Below are positions 1 to 8,529 of a DNA stretch of 20,000 nucleotides, piece after piece; the stretch's first letter is position 1; each line of letters begins with the position of its first letter. The stretch is from the sequence record SRR2962707_5488. The stretch is one strand, 5' to 3'. A program made the position numbers and the translations under genes. The notes beneath the pieces are model-generated. The model had not been told where the DNA came from. It made no database searches and saw only the letters and a list, made by a program, of their open reading frames with translations.

Positions 1-1055
1 CGGATGCAGGGCTGAAGCCCAGGGACATTGACGGCATGGTGCCGCCGCCCGTCTATACAACGTCGGAGGAATTGGCCGCCAACCTTGGCGTCGATGTGCT
101 GCGATATGCCTCAACGGTCAACATGGGAGGCGCGAGTCCGACCACGGCATTGCAGAATGCCGCCATGGCCGTGGCCTCCGGCGTCTGCGACAACGTACTG
201 GTCACACTCGGCTGGAACGGCTATTCGGCGCTGCGTCCCAAGGCGGGGGTGCCGCCAAGCCGGCCGATGAATATGAACACGCTGACCTCGACCATCCGGG
301 GTTACTATCTGCCCTATGGCGTCCTGTTGCCGGTGCAGATGTATGCCTGGCTCGCGACGCGGCACTCGAAACTTTACAACGTCAGCCCCGAGGCGACGGG
401 TTGGATCGCGATGGCTTGCCGCAAGCATGCCCAACTCAACGACCGCGCCCTGACCTGCGGCCAACCGATGACGATGGATGACTACATGCGGTCGCGCATG
501 GTGTCCTCCCCGTTCCGTTTATTCGATTGCTGTCTCGAAACGGATGGGGCCTGCGCCGTCGTGGTGACGAGCGCCGAACGGGCGAAAGACTTGCCTCACA
601 GGCCGGTCTATATCTCTGGCGCGGCCGAGGGCCATCCTTATCCTGCCGACGATATTCCGTCGCGGCCGGACCCCTTCAAGATCGGTTTGAGTTATGCCGC
701 GCCGCGCGCTTTCTCCATGGCCGGTGTGACGCCGAAGGACATGGACTTTCTGCAGGTTTATGACTGCTTCACCTACGTCGTGCTACTGCAACTCGAAGCA
801 CTGGGCTATTTCGAGCCGGGCGGCGCACTCGATTTCGTCAAGGATGGACAGATCGAACTCGGCGGCAAGTTTCCGCTCAATACGCATGGCGGTCTTTTGA
901 GCGAGGCGCATGTGTGGGGCCTCAATCATGTACTTGAGGCGACGCGCCAATTGCGCGGAGATGCGGGAAAGCGGCAAATTCCGGACGCTGAAATCGGACT
1001 TGTGACCGGATGGGGTGATCTGGGCGATGGCAGCCTCGCGATTTTGAGGAGGTAA
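1..1055 (+). CDS. Thiolase-fold protein (SCP-x/Ltp2-like, probably aldolase-type), 5' end outside the window
   Basis: Frame is open from base 3 ([15 protein letters not shown]...) to TAA at 1055. Motifs [24 protein letters not shown] and [19 protein letters not shown] sits where classical thiolases have the nucleophilic Cys. Directly followed by a DUF35 gene. Confidence 0.88.
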   Translation, partial: DAGLKPRDIDGMVPPPVYTTSEELAANLGVDVLRYASTVNMGGASPTTALQNAAMAVASGVCDNVLVTLGWNGYSALRPKAGVPPSRPMNMNTLTSTIRGYYLPYGVLLPVQMYAWLATRHSKLYNVSPEATGWIAMACRKHAQLNDRALTCGQPMTMDDYMRSRMVSSPFRLFDCCLETDGACAVVVTSAERAKDLPHRPVYISGAAEGHPYPADDIPSRPDPFKIGLSYAAPRAFSMAGVTPKDMDFLQVYDCFTYVVLLQLEALGYFEPGGALDFVKDGQIELGGKFPLNTHGGLLSEAHVWGLNHVLEATRQLRGDAGKRQIPDAEIGLVTGWGDLGDGSLAILRR

Positions 1056-1057
1056 AA

Positions 1058-1480
1058 ATGGAAATTCAACAACCGAAATATCCTCAGCCCGCGACTGTCG
1101 ATCCGATCGACGCGGAATTCTGGAAGCTCTGCCAGGACGGCGTCTTGCGTTTTCAACAATGCAGCAGTTGCGGTACATGGCGGTTTCTGCCGCGTTACAT
1201 GTGCGCAAAATGTAGCTCGCCGGATTATGAGTGGAAGGCGAGCAGCGGTCGCGGCCGCATTTTTTCCTGGACGGTGACCTATCAGCCCTTTCATCCGGCT
1301 TTCGCAGGCGACGTACCCTATATAGCTGCGGTCGTGGAATTGGACGAAGGTGTCCGCATGGCGACGCGCTTGCTCGACTGCGACCCGGAGGCGGTGAAAC
1401 TCGACATGCCTGTCGTCCTTGTCTTCAAGGACATCGGCGACGGATTCAAGCTTCCGTGTTTCAAGCCTGCGACGAAATAA
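1058..1480 (+). CDS. DUF35 Zn-ribbon/OB-fold protein (ChsH2 C-terminal-like thiolase partner)
   Basis: CSSC...CAKC zinc ribbon, SGRGRIFSWTV and PYIAAVVELDEGVRM. GAGGAGG RBS just upstream, start 2 nt after the thiolase stop. Confidence 0.92.
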   Translation: MEIQQPKYPQPATVDPIDAEFWKLCQDGVLRFQQCSSCGTWRFLPRYMCAKCSSPDYEWKASSGRGRIFSWTVTYQPFHPAFAGDVPYIAAVVELDEGVRMATRLLDCDPEAVKLDMPVVLVFKDIGDGFKLPCFKPATK

Positions 1481-1518
1481 GACTGAGCCAATCGCCATCG
1501 ACGCATCGGAGATCTGGA

Positions 1519-2712
1519 ATGGATCTGGCATACGGCCCCAAATACGAGGCTTTCCGGGAAGAGGTCAGGGCGTTCCTGACAAAACACAAGGACCAGGCGC
1601 CGAGGGGCCTTGGCGCTGCCGGGCGTCCGTCTCCAGAAGCCTGTTCCTGGCAGCGACAGTTGATTCAGAACGGCTATGCGGCTCGGACGATTCCGAAAGA
1701 CTACGGCGGCTATGGCGCCACGCCTGACATTCTGGAATCGCGCATCATCGCGGAGGAATTCTCCAGTGCTCGTGTGCCTTCTGCGTTGCAGAACCAGGGC
1801 ATCTCCATGCTGGTGCCGACGCTTCTGGAACTTGGCACCGAAGAGCAGAAGAAGAAATGGGTGAAGCCGACGCTTCGCGGCGAGGTGGTCTGGTGTCAGG
1901 GATATTCCGAACCGGGTTCAGGTTCAGACCTCGCCAGCCTTCAGACCAAGGCGACTGTGGATGGCGACGATTTTGTCATCAACGGCCAGAAGATATGGAC
2001 CAGCACTGCGCACGAGGCGGACATGATTTTCTGTCTGGTGCGCACGGAGCCCGATAAACCCAAGCATGAAGGCATTTCTTATCTGATCTTTTCGATGGAG
2101 ACGCCCGGTATCGAAGTCCGTCCGCTCACTACCATGACGGGTCATGCCGAATTCAATGAAGTCTTCTTTACGGATGTGCGCGTACCGAAGACGCAGATCG
2201 TCGGCCAGCGCGGGCAGGGATGGCTCGTCGCCAACGCCACGCTGAAATACGAGCGCGGAATGCTCGGCGACCCGGCCGCCATGGAAACCAGGTTCCAGGC
2301 CCTTGTCGATTTGATGCGCGATGAGACTGTCGACGGGCAGCAGGCCATCGACAATCCGATTTTCCGGGACCGCCTGGTAAGGCTTCAGGCGGAACTTGCC
2401 GCCTTGAAGTTCAATGGGCTTCGGCTCCTGACCAGCGCGAGCAGGGGTGAGTACGCCGGCTTGGCGCGTCTGATCGTGAAGCTTCAATCCTGCGAACTTA
2501 CCCATCAAATATCGGCGCTCGCGATCGACGTCATGGGAGAGTTTGGCGTTCTTTACGACGACAGCCCCTATCTGCGCAGTCACGGCTCATGGCAATGGGG
2601 GTACATGTTTCAGCTTGGGCTCATCATCGGCGGCGGTACGGCGCAGATTCAGAAAAATATTATTTCGGAACGTGGGCTTGGTATGCCGCGCGAACCGAGG
2701 TCGGCAAAATAG
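1519..2712 (+). CDS. Acyl-CoA dehydrogenase, large (alpha) subunit of a heteromeric pair
   Basis: ATG 1519 follows GGAGA (the ORF-track start at 1231 overlaps the upstream gene). Motifs WCQGYSEPGSGSDLASL, NGQKIWTS, FNEVFF, LKYERG, IGGGTAQIQKNIISER. Confidence 0.93.
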   Translation: MDLAYGPKYEAFREEVRAFLTKHKDQAPRGLGAAGRPSPEACSWQRQLIQNGYAARTIPKDYGGYGATPDILESRIIAEEFSSARVPSALQNQGISMLVPTLLELGTEEQKKKWVKPTLRGEVVWCQGYSEPGSGSDLASLQTKATVDGDDFVINGQKIWTSTAHEADMIFCLVRTEPDKPKHEGISYLIFSMETPGIEVRPLTTMTGHAEFNEVFFTDVRVPKTQIVGQRGQGWLVANATLKYERGMLGDPAAMETRFQALVDLMRDETVDGQQAIDNPIFRDRLVRLQAELAALKFNGLRLLTSASRGEYAGLARLIVKLQSCELTHQISALAIDVMGEFGVLYDDSPYLRSHGSWQWGYMFQLGLIIGGGTAQIQKNIISERGLGMPREPRSAK

Positions 2713-2723
2713 GAATTCATCCG

Positions 2724-3809
2724 TTGGAATTTGCATTGTCGGAAGAGCAGCGCCTGTTGCAGGATAGTGTCCGCCGTTTTCTTGAGCAGAACGCGCCGCT
2801 CGACAAGGTGCGCATTGCCGCCGAGAACACGCATACCGTTCAGCGGTCCCTGTGGGCGGGTGCCAGCGAACTGGGCATCCCCGGAATACTTATCCCTGAA
2901 GACTTTGGCGGCATGGGTTTGGGATTTCTCGATGCGGCGATCGTTTACGAGATGATCGGACGGCATGTTGCGCCCCTGCCCTTTGTCGGGGCTACCGTCA
3001 TGGCGCCCCTCGCGCTGATGATCGCAGGCAGCAAGGCTCAACAGGAAAAGTGGCTTCCAAAGATCGCCGCGAGTGAGATTATCGCGGGCGTGGCCATCAC
3101 GGAAAAAGTCGGCATCCGCGAAGATGCGGGCGTGAAAGCCCTGAATGGAAAGCTCACGGGCAAGTCCCTCTTCGTGATCGACTGGGCTGAGGCCGATCTC
3201 TATATCGTGGCCGACAACGACCATGGACTTCATCTCGTTTTGCCCGATGCGAAGGGGTTGTCACGGCGGGAGCTCAACACCATCGACAAGACCCGATCGG
3301 TTGGCGAACTTGTCTTCGATCAGGTTGCGGCCGAGCCGTTACCCCGATCCAGCATCGATGCGGTAGCGCGGATGATAGATGTCGGCAGGGTTATGCTTGC
3401 CGCCGACACTCTCGGCGCGGGTCAGATGATGCTTGAGAAGGCGGTGGCTTATGCGGAGGAGCGCAAGCAGTTCGGCCGTGTGATCGGGTCGTTTCAGGCC
3501 GTGAAGCACCTCTGCGCCGAGATGGCGGCCGCTCTCGAACCATCGCGTTCGCTGGTGTGGTATGCGGCCCATGCGCTGGATGAAGTGCCCGGCGACGCGC
3601 GCCTCATGGCATGTCATGCCAAGAGCCACCTGTCGGAAGTGGGCCGTTTCGTCGCGCGCACCGCAACGGAGGTTCATGGCGGCATGGGCTTCACCGATTT
3701 GCTGGGCCTGCATTACTGGTTCAAGCGGATTGGGCTCGACCGGCAGTTGCTGGGCGGGCCGGAGTTGGTTCGTCTTGAAGCCGCGCGCTTGCAGGGCTGG
3801 GCTGCCTAG
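2724..3809 (+). CDS. Acyl-CoA dehydrogenase, small (beta) subunit of a heteromeric pair
   Basis: TTG start at 2724 after AGGA gives MEFALSEEQRLLQDSVRRFL. Motifs ERKQFGRVIGSFQAVKH and EVHGGMGFT. Lacks the EPGxGSD motif, as is typical of beta subunits. Starts 11 nt after the partner gene. Confidence 0.9.
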   Translation: MEFALSEEQRLLQDSVRRFLEQNAPLDKVRIAAENTHTVQRSLWAGASELGIPGILIPEDFGGMGLGFLDAAIVYEMIGRHVAPLPFVGATVMAPLALMIAGSKAQQEKWLPKIAASEIIAGVAITEKVGIREDAGVKALNGKLTGKSLFVIDWAEADLYIVADNDHGLHLVLPDAKGLSRRELNTIDKTRSVGELVFDQVAAEPLPRSSIDAVARMIDVGRVMLAADTLGAGQMMLEKAVAYAEERKQFGRVIGSFQAVKHLCAEMAAALEPSRSLVWYAAHALDEVPGDARLMACHAKSHLSEVGRFVARTATEVHGGMGFTDLLGLHYWFKRIGLDRQLLGGPELVRLEAARLQGWAA

Positions 3810-3916
3810 ATCGCGACCTGGATATTGGGGAGCATAGATCCAGCTGCCGGTGAGTGTTGCCGCGACTAACAGCGGCGCAGGAGTATTTCCATTGGATCGG
3901 CAACGGGAAGATACGC

Positions 3917-5116
3917 ATGAATATCGACTTCACGCCGGAGGATGAGGCATTTCGCGACGAGGTTCGCGGATTTATCGCGGCGAACCTTCCGCCGGAATGT
4001 GCGAATTCGTCGATCCTGGGCGTGATGACCGACAAAAGTGTAGTCAATCGCTGGCACAAGACGCTTTACGAAAAAGGCTGGGCCGCGCCCGCCTGGCCGG
4101 AGGAGTGTGGCGGTACGGGATGGAACGCGACGCAGCGGTTTATATTCAACGAGGAAACTGCCAGAGCCAATGCACCGCGTTTGATGCCTTTCGGGCTGAA
4201 CATGGTTGGTCCGGTGATCTACACCTTCGGCAACGCCGAACAGAAGAGCCGCCACTTGCAGGGCATACTTTCGGGCGATGTCTGGTGGTGCCAAGGCTAT
4301 TCCGAACCGGGCGCCGGTTCCGATCTCGCTTCGCTTAAAACGACGGCGGTGCGCGACGGCGACCATTATGTCGTCAACGGCCAGAAAATATGGACGTCCT
4401 ATGCGCATGAGGCCGACTGGATTTTCTGTTTGGTGCGCACCGAGCAGAGCGTCAAGCGGCAGGAAGGGATTTCCTTCCTGCTCATCGACATGACGACGCC
4501 CGGTATCGAAGTGCGTCCGATTATCTCGATCGCCGGTCTGCATCATCTCAACGAAGTGTTTTTTACCGACGTCAAGGTGCCGGTACAAAATCTCATAGGC
4601 GAGGAAAACAAAGGCTGGACCTACGCCAAATACCTGCTTGTCCATGAAAGAACGAGTATCGGCGGCGTCTCCGAGTCCAAGAAGAAGGCTGCGCATATCA
4701 GGGCGATTGCCCGAGCGGAGCGGAACGCGGATGGGGAAGCGCTGATAGACGATCCCGCGTTCCAGCGCAAACTCGCCGGGATCGAAGTCAAGCTCACCAG
4801 TCTCGAATACATGAATCTGCGGATTCTCGCCGACGCGGCAGCAGGAAAGGCGGCCGGACCGCAATCGTCCCTGCTGAAGATCGTCGGTAGCGAGGTTCAG
4901 CAAGCGTTGGGCGAACTCGCCGTCGAAGCCGTCGGCTATTATATCGAGCCGTTCGAGCAAGGAGTTCCGCCTGCCGACGCCAATGTATGGAATATAGGTC
5001 CGGCCCATGCCAGGAACGTGTGGGCGGATTATGGCTACGGCCGCGCCGCGAGCATTTATGGTGGATCGAATGAGATTCAACGCGACGTCATCGCCAAGGT
5101 GATCCTTAATCTTTGA
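3917..5116 (+). CDS. Acyl-CoA dehydrogenase, PimC-like (pimeloyl-CoA dehydrogenase large subunit family), copy 1
   Basis: ATG 3917 (MNIDFTPEDEAFRDEVR), 399 aa. Motifs MVGPVIYTFG, WWCQGYSEPGAGSDLASLKT, QEGISFLLIDM, SIYGGSNEIQRDVIAK resemble recalled PimC. Confidence 0.88.
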   Translation: MNIDFTPEDEAFRDEVRGFIAANLPPECANSSILGVMTDKSVVNRWHKTLYEKGWAAPAWPEECGGTGWNATQRFIFNEETARANAPRLMPFGLNMVGPVIYTFGNAEQKSRHLQGILSGDVWWCQGYSEPGAGSDLASLKTTAVRDGDHYVVNGQKIWTSYAHEADWIFCLVRTEQSVKRQEGISFLLIDMTTPGIEVRPIISIAGLHHLNEVFFTDVKVPVQNLIGEENKGWTYAKYLLVHERTSIGGVSESKKKAAHIRAIARAERNADGEALIDDPAFQRKLAGIEVKLTSLEYMNLRILADAAAGKAAGPQSSLLKIVGSEVQQALGELAVEAVGYYIEPFEQGVPPADANVWNIGPAHARNVWADYGYGRAASIYGGSNEIQRDVIAKVILNL

Positions 5117-5137
5117 AAGCGGGGGACAATTCGGTTT

Positions 5138-5168
5138 TTGCCCGTTCGGATAAATTCATTATAATGAA
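5138..5168 (+). promoter_or_regulatory. Candidate sigma70 promoter with an overlapping perfect palindrome
   Basis: TTGCCC (5138-5143), 16 nt, TATAAT (5160-5165). The 14-bp perfect palindrome TTCATTATAATGAA (5155-5168) covers the -10 box in an AT-rich intergenic gap. Confidence 0.6.
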
Positions 5169-5207
5169 AATGTAAACACCCGGATCGTTGCCGCGAAAGG
5201 TCAGTAG

Positions 5208-6407
5208 ATGGATATCGAGCTTACGAAAGAGGACGAAGCCTTCCGTGCGGAAGTCCGTCGGTTCATTTCGGAAAAATTGCCCATGGAGCTCGCGGAGAGA
5301 GACACAGTGGGCGCGTCTGGCGAGCGCGGTGCGCTCAGGCGCTGGCAGAAAGATCTCCACGAGAAAGGCTGGGTAGCGGTCAATTGGCCCAAGGAGTACG
5401 GCGGCACTGGATGGACGCCGATGCAGAAGTTCCTTTTCAACGAGGAAATGGCGTTGGCCAATGCACCGCGGCTTTCTCCGTTCGGCCTGTCCATGGTGGG
5501 ACCGGTGATCTACACCTTCGGTAACGAAGCGCAGAAAAAGCAGCACCTGGAGGGCATTCTTACCGGCGATGTCTGGTGGTGTCAGGGTTATTCGGAGCCG
5601 GGATCCGGATCGGACCTCGCTTCGCTGAAGACCAAGGCCCTGCGTCAGGGCGACGATTACATCGTCAACGGCCAGAAAATCTGGACGTCCTATGCCCATG
5701 AAGCCGATTGGATATTCTGTCTCGTGCGAACGGATGAGACCGTCAAACAGCAGGAAGGCATCTCGTTCCTTCTGATCGACATGAAGACGCCCGGCATCGA
5801 GGTGAAGCCGATCATTTCCATCGACGGCCTGCATCACTTGAACGAAGTTTTTTTCACTGATGTCAAGGTGCCGGTGACGAACCGCATCGGCGAAGAAAAC
5901 AAGGGCTGGACCTACGCCAAGTTCTTGCTCGTCAACGAGCGCACTGGCATTGCAGGTGTTCCAGAGTCCAAGCGCAAGATCGCGCACCTCAGAAAAATCG
6001 CGAGACAGGAAAGGCTTGGCGATGGCGCGGCGCTGGCGGACGAACTGTCATTCATGACGAGGCTCTCCGAAATCGAGGTGAAGCTCACGGGTCTCGAATA
6101 TACCAATCTGAGGATCGTTGCGGAGGAAGTGGCAGGCCGTCCCGCTGGTCCCTCTTCCTCGACCTTGAAGATTGTAGGGACCGAAGTTCAGCAAGCGTTG
6201 TCGGAGCTTGCCGTCGAAGCCGCCGCCTTCTACGCCATGCCGTTCCAGAGGGAACATTTGACTGGAATTGCCAATGAAGCACCCGTCGGGCCCGCCTATG
6301 CGGTGAGCGTGACAAGCGCCTATAATTTCGGTCGCGCCGCTTCGATTTATGGCGGTTCGAACGAAATCCAGCGCAATGTCATCGCAAAGGCCGTTCTGGG
6401 ACTTTGA
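5208..6407 (+). CDS. Acyl-CoA dehydrogenase, PimC-like, copy 2
   Basis: 399 aa with the same motifs as copy 1, plus LLVNERTGIAG and SIYGGSNEIQRNVIAKAVLGL. Confidence 0.9.
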   Translation: MDIELTKEDEAFRAEVRRFISEKLPMELAERDTVGASGERGALRRWQKDLHEKGWVAVNWPKEYGGTGWTPMQKFLFNEEMALANAPRLSPFGLSMVGPVIYTFGNEAQKKQHLEGILTGDVWWCQGYSEPGSGSDLASLKTKALRQGDDYIVNGQKIWTSYAHEADWIFCLVRTDETVKQQEGISFLLIDMKTPGIEVKPIISIDGLHHLNEVFFTDVKVPVTNRIGEENKGWTYAKFLLVNERTGIAGVPESKRKIAHLRKIARQERLGDGAALADELSFMTRLSEIEVKLTGLEYTNLRIVAEEVAGRPAGPSSSTLKIVGTEVQQALSELAVEAAAFYAMPFQREHLTGIANEAPVGPAYAVSVTSAYNFGRAASIYGGSNEIQRNVIAKAVLGL

Positions 6408-6426
6408 CGGACAATCCGGACATGCG

Positions 6427-6457
6427 AAGGGCCGCATCTTGGATGCGGCCCTTTTTT
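6427..6457 (+). terminator. Rho-independent terminator
   Basis: AAGGGCCGCATC-TTG-GATGCGGCCCTT stem-loop running into a T tract, about 20 nt after the stop at 6407. Confidence 0.88.
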
Positions 6458-6482
6458 ATGTCAGTCCACCAATCCTTCGGGC

Positions 6483-6645
6483 TCACGCCACCTGCGAATA
6501 ACGCTTCAACTGGTGATCGAAGGTGCCGAACTGGGTATCGATCAACGTCAGCCGCTTGAAGTAGTGACCGACATTGAGCTCGTCGGTCATGCCCATGCCC
6601 ACGTGAAGCTGCACGGCCTGCGGGCCAACGAAGCGGCCGTCCTGA
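6483..6645 (-). pseudogene. 3' remnant of a PimD-like acyl-CoA dehydrogenase small subunit
   Basis: Minus-strand translation GRFVGPQAVQLHVGMGMTDELNVGHYFKRLTLIDTQFGTFDHQLKRYSQVA* is a typical ACAD beta-subunit C-terminus (QLHGGMGMTDEL..GHYFKR). Sequence upstream of it shows no ACAD similarity. Confidence 0.82.
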
Positions 6646-6812
6646 CGCCGCCCCGCGTTTTCAATCTTTACCGTCCCCAAACCATTTCTCCCTCGCCCAT
6701 TCGACCTGTTTTTCCGATCGGCCGTAGTCAGTGCTTCCGCCTTTCGTAGACGGGCTGGACGTTTCCCCCATGAATGCGCTAAGCAATAAGAAATCATGAT
6801 AAGGGAATAGGG

Positions 6813-7988
6813 ATGGGTATCAACGGAAAATCCTACATAGTCGGCATCTACGAGCATCCGTGCCGCGCGGCGCTGGACAAGACGCTGCCGCAACTTCATG
6901 CCGAGATCGCGAAGGGCGCGCTGGCGGACGCAGGTCTTTCAAAAGACGATGTTGACGCATATTTCTGCGCCGGCGACGCGCCCGGGTTGGGCCCGATCAA
7001 CATGATCGAGTATATGGGTCTCAATAATGTGCGTCATATGGACAGCACAGAGACCGGCGGGTCTTCCTACATTGTCCATGTCAATCACGCCGCGCAGGCC
7101 ATCGCCGCGGGGCATTGCAATGTGGCGCTGATCACGCTGGCCGGCCGGCCGGTTGCCGATGCGAAAGAAGGCAAGCCCGTCCGTTACTACAACCAGCAAG
7201 CGCCGGACTTTCCGTTCGAAACGCCTTATGGCCCCAATGTCACAAATATGTACGCGATGTGCGCGATGCGGCATATGTACGAATACGGCACCACCAGCGA
7301 GCAGCTCGCATGGATCAAGGTCGCCGCATCCCACCACGCTCAGCACAATGAACACGCCAAGCTACGCGGCGTTGTGACCGTGGAGGATGTTGTCAATTCA
7401 CCGATGATTGCCGATCCATTGCACAGGCTCGACTGCTGCGTCATCACCGACGGAGGCGGCGGCATTGTGATGGTGAGCCGGGAAGTGGCGAAGTCACTGA
7501 AGCGTACCCGGGTCAAGGTTCTCGGCGCCGGTGAGGCGCCCAAGCATCTCGCGGCGGGTCAGGTCGATCTGACCTATTCCGGCGCGTGCTGGAGCGGTCC
7601 GAAAGCTTTCGCTGAAGCCGGTGTCACACCCGCCGATATTAAGTACGCCTCTATCTACGATTCCTTCACCATCACGGTGCTGGAAACGCTCGAAGATCTG
7701 GGGTTTTGTAAAAAAGGTGAGGGCGGGAGCTTCGTCTCGGACGGCAACCTGATTTCCGGCGTCGGCAAGCTGCCCTTCAACACGGATGGCGGGGGATTGT
7801 GTAACAATCACCCGGGCAATCGCGGCGGCATGACCAAGGTTCTTGAAGCAGTCCGCCAGGTTCGCGGTGAGGCTCCTCCGAAGGTTCAGGTTCACAATTG
7901 CGATATTGCACTGGCGCATGGAACCGGCGGCCTTCTGGGATCGCGTATGGGCAGCGCAACCGTCATTCTCGGGAGTGAAGACGCATGA
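6813..7988 (+). CDS. Thiolase-fold protein (SCP-x-like thiolase-domain family)
   Basis: Motifs ETGGSSY (no nucleophilic Cys), LHRLDCCVITDGGG, SIYDSFTITV, PFNTDGGGLCNNHP, AHGTGG. ATGA overlap with the DUF35 gene. Confidence 0.92.
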   Translation: MGINGKSYIVGIYEHPCRAALDKTLPQLHAEIAKGALADAGLSKDDVDAYFCAGDAPGLGPINMIEYMGLNNVRHMDSTETGGSSYIVHVNHAAQAIAAGHCNVALITLAGRPVADAKEGKPVRYYNQQAPDFPFETPYGPNVTNMYAMCAMRHMYEYGTTSEQLAWIKVAASHHAQHNEHAKLRGVVTVEDVVNSPMIADPLHRLDCCVITDGGGGIVMVSREVAKSLKRTRVKVLGAGEAPKHLAAGQVDLTYSGACWSGPKAFAEAGVTPADIKYASIYDSFTITVLETLEDLGFCKKGEGGSFVSDGNLISGVGKLPFNTDGGGLCNNHPGNRGGMTKVLEAVRQVRGEAPPKVQVHNCDIALAHGTGGLLGSRMGSATVILGSEDA

Positions 7989-8377
7989 GCACCGATCAGA
8001 AAAGCAAGATCAACCTTGTCGTCAATTCCGAGAGCAAGCCCTACTGGGAAGGCGCTGCCAAGGGGCAACTCCTGATCCGGACCTGCAATACCTGCGGCAA
8101 GGTGCACCACTATCCGCGGACTATTTGCCCGCATTGTTTCTCGGATGACACGGCGTTTGTGGAGGCTTCGGGCAATGGCGTGATCTACAGCTATTCGGTC
8201 ACGCGGCAAGCCAAGCCGCCTTATGTCATCGCCTATGTTACGCTCGACGAAGGAGTCACGATGCTCACGAATATCGTCGACTGCGAAATCGACAAGATTC
8301 GGATCGGGCAGAAAGTCAGGGTTAAATTCTCCGGGGCCGATGACGGATACGCACTGCCGGTGTTCACATCCGCATGA
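7985..8377 (+). CDS. DUF35 Zn-ribbon/OB-fold protein
   Basis: CNTC...CPHC, ASGNGVIYSYSV and PYVIAYVTLDEGVTMLTNIVDC. Translationally coupled to the thiolase. Confidence 0.92.
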   Translation: MSTDQKSKINLVVNSESKPYWEGAAKGQLLIRTCNTCGKVHHYPRTICPHCFSDDTAFVEASGNGVIYSYSVTRQAKPPYVIAYVTLDEGVTMLTNIVDCEIDKIRIGQKVRVKFSGADDGYALPVFTSA

Positions 8378-8398
8378 TGCGGAGTTTTCGCTGACCGG

Positions 8399-8430
8399 CA
8401 TTCCGGCGGGCTCGATCCCTCGCCGGAATG
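8399..8430. other. Intergenic GC-rich inverted repeat (mRNA hairpin)
   Basis: CATTCCGGCG, 12-nt loop, CGCCGGAATG: perfect 10-bp stem with no U tract. Confidence 0.55.
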
Positions 8431-8529
8431 TTCGGCAACGGGCCGACTGAGACAAGGATGACGAAGAACGGAACGGCTCAATCGCAAGAAGGCCGACCCG
8501 CGAGGAATGGATTTTTCAGGGAGGATTAT

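Noticed and set aside
1231-1518. Long N-terminal extensions in the ORF track (starts 1231, 2589, 3854, 8428, 15660, 16475, 18448, 12946, 11572)
   Set aside because: Most overlap upstream genes, and all precede a better start where family homology begins, usually with an RBS. No evidence for fusions.
3866-5987. Long antisense ORFs 3866-5080 (404 aa) and 5106-5987 (293 aa)
   Set aside because: Shadows of the two PimC-like genes. GC-rich codon usage suppresses antisense stops, there are no motifs, and their mutual similarity just mirrors the paralogy.
6483-6899. 138-aa minus-strand ORF as a real protein
   Set aside because: Only the last 52 or so codons are ACAD-like. The rest overlaps the thiolase start and promoter region, so it is treated as a remnant.
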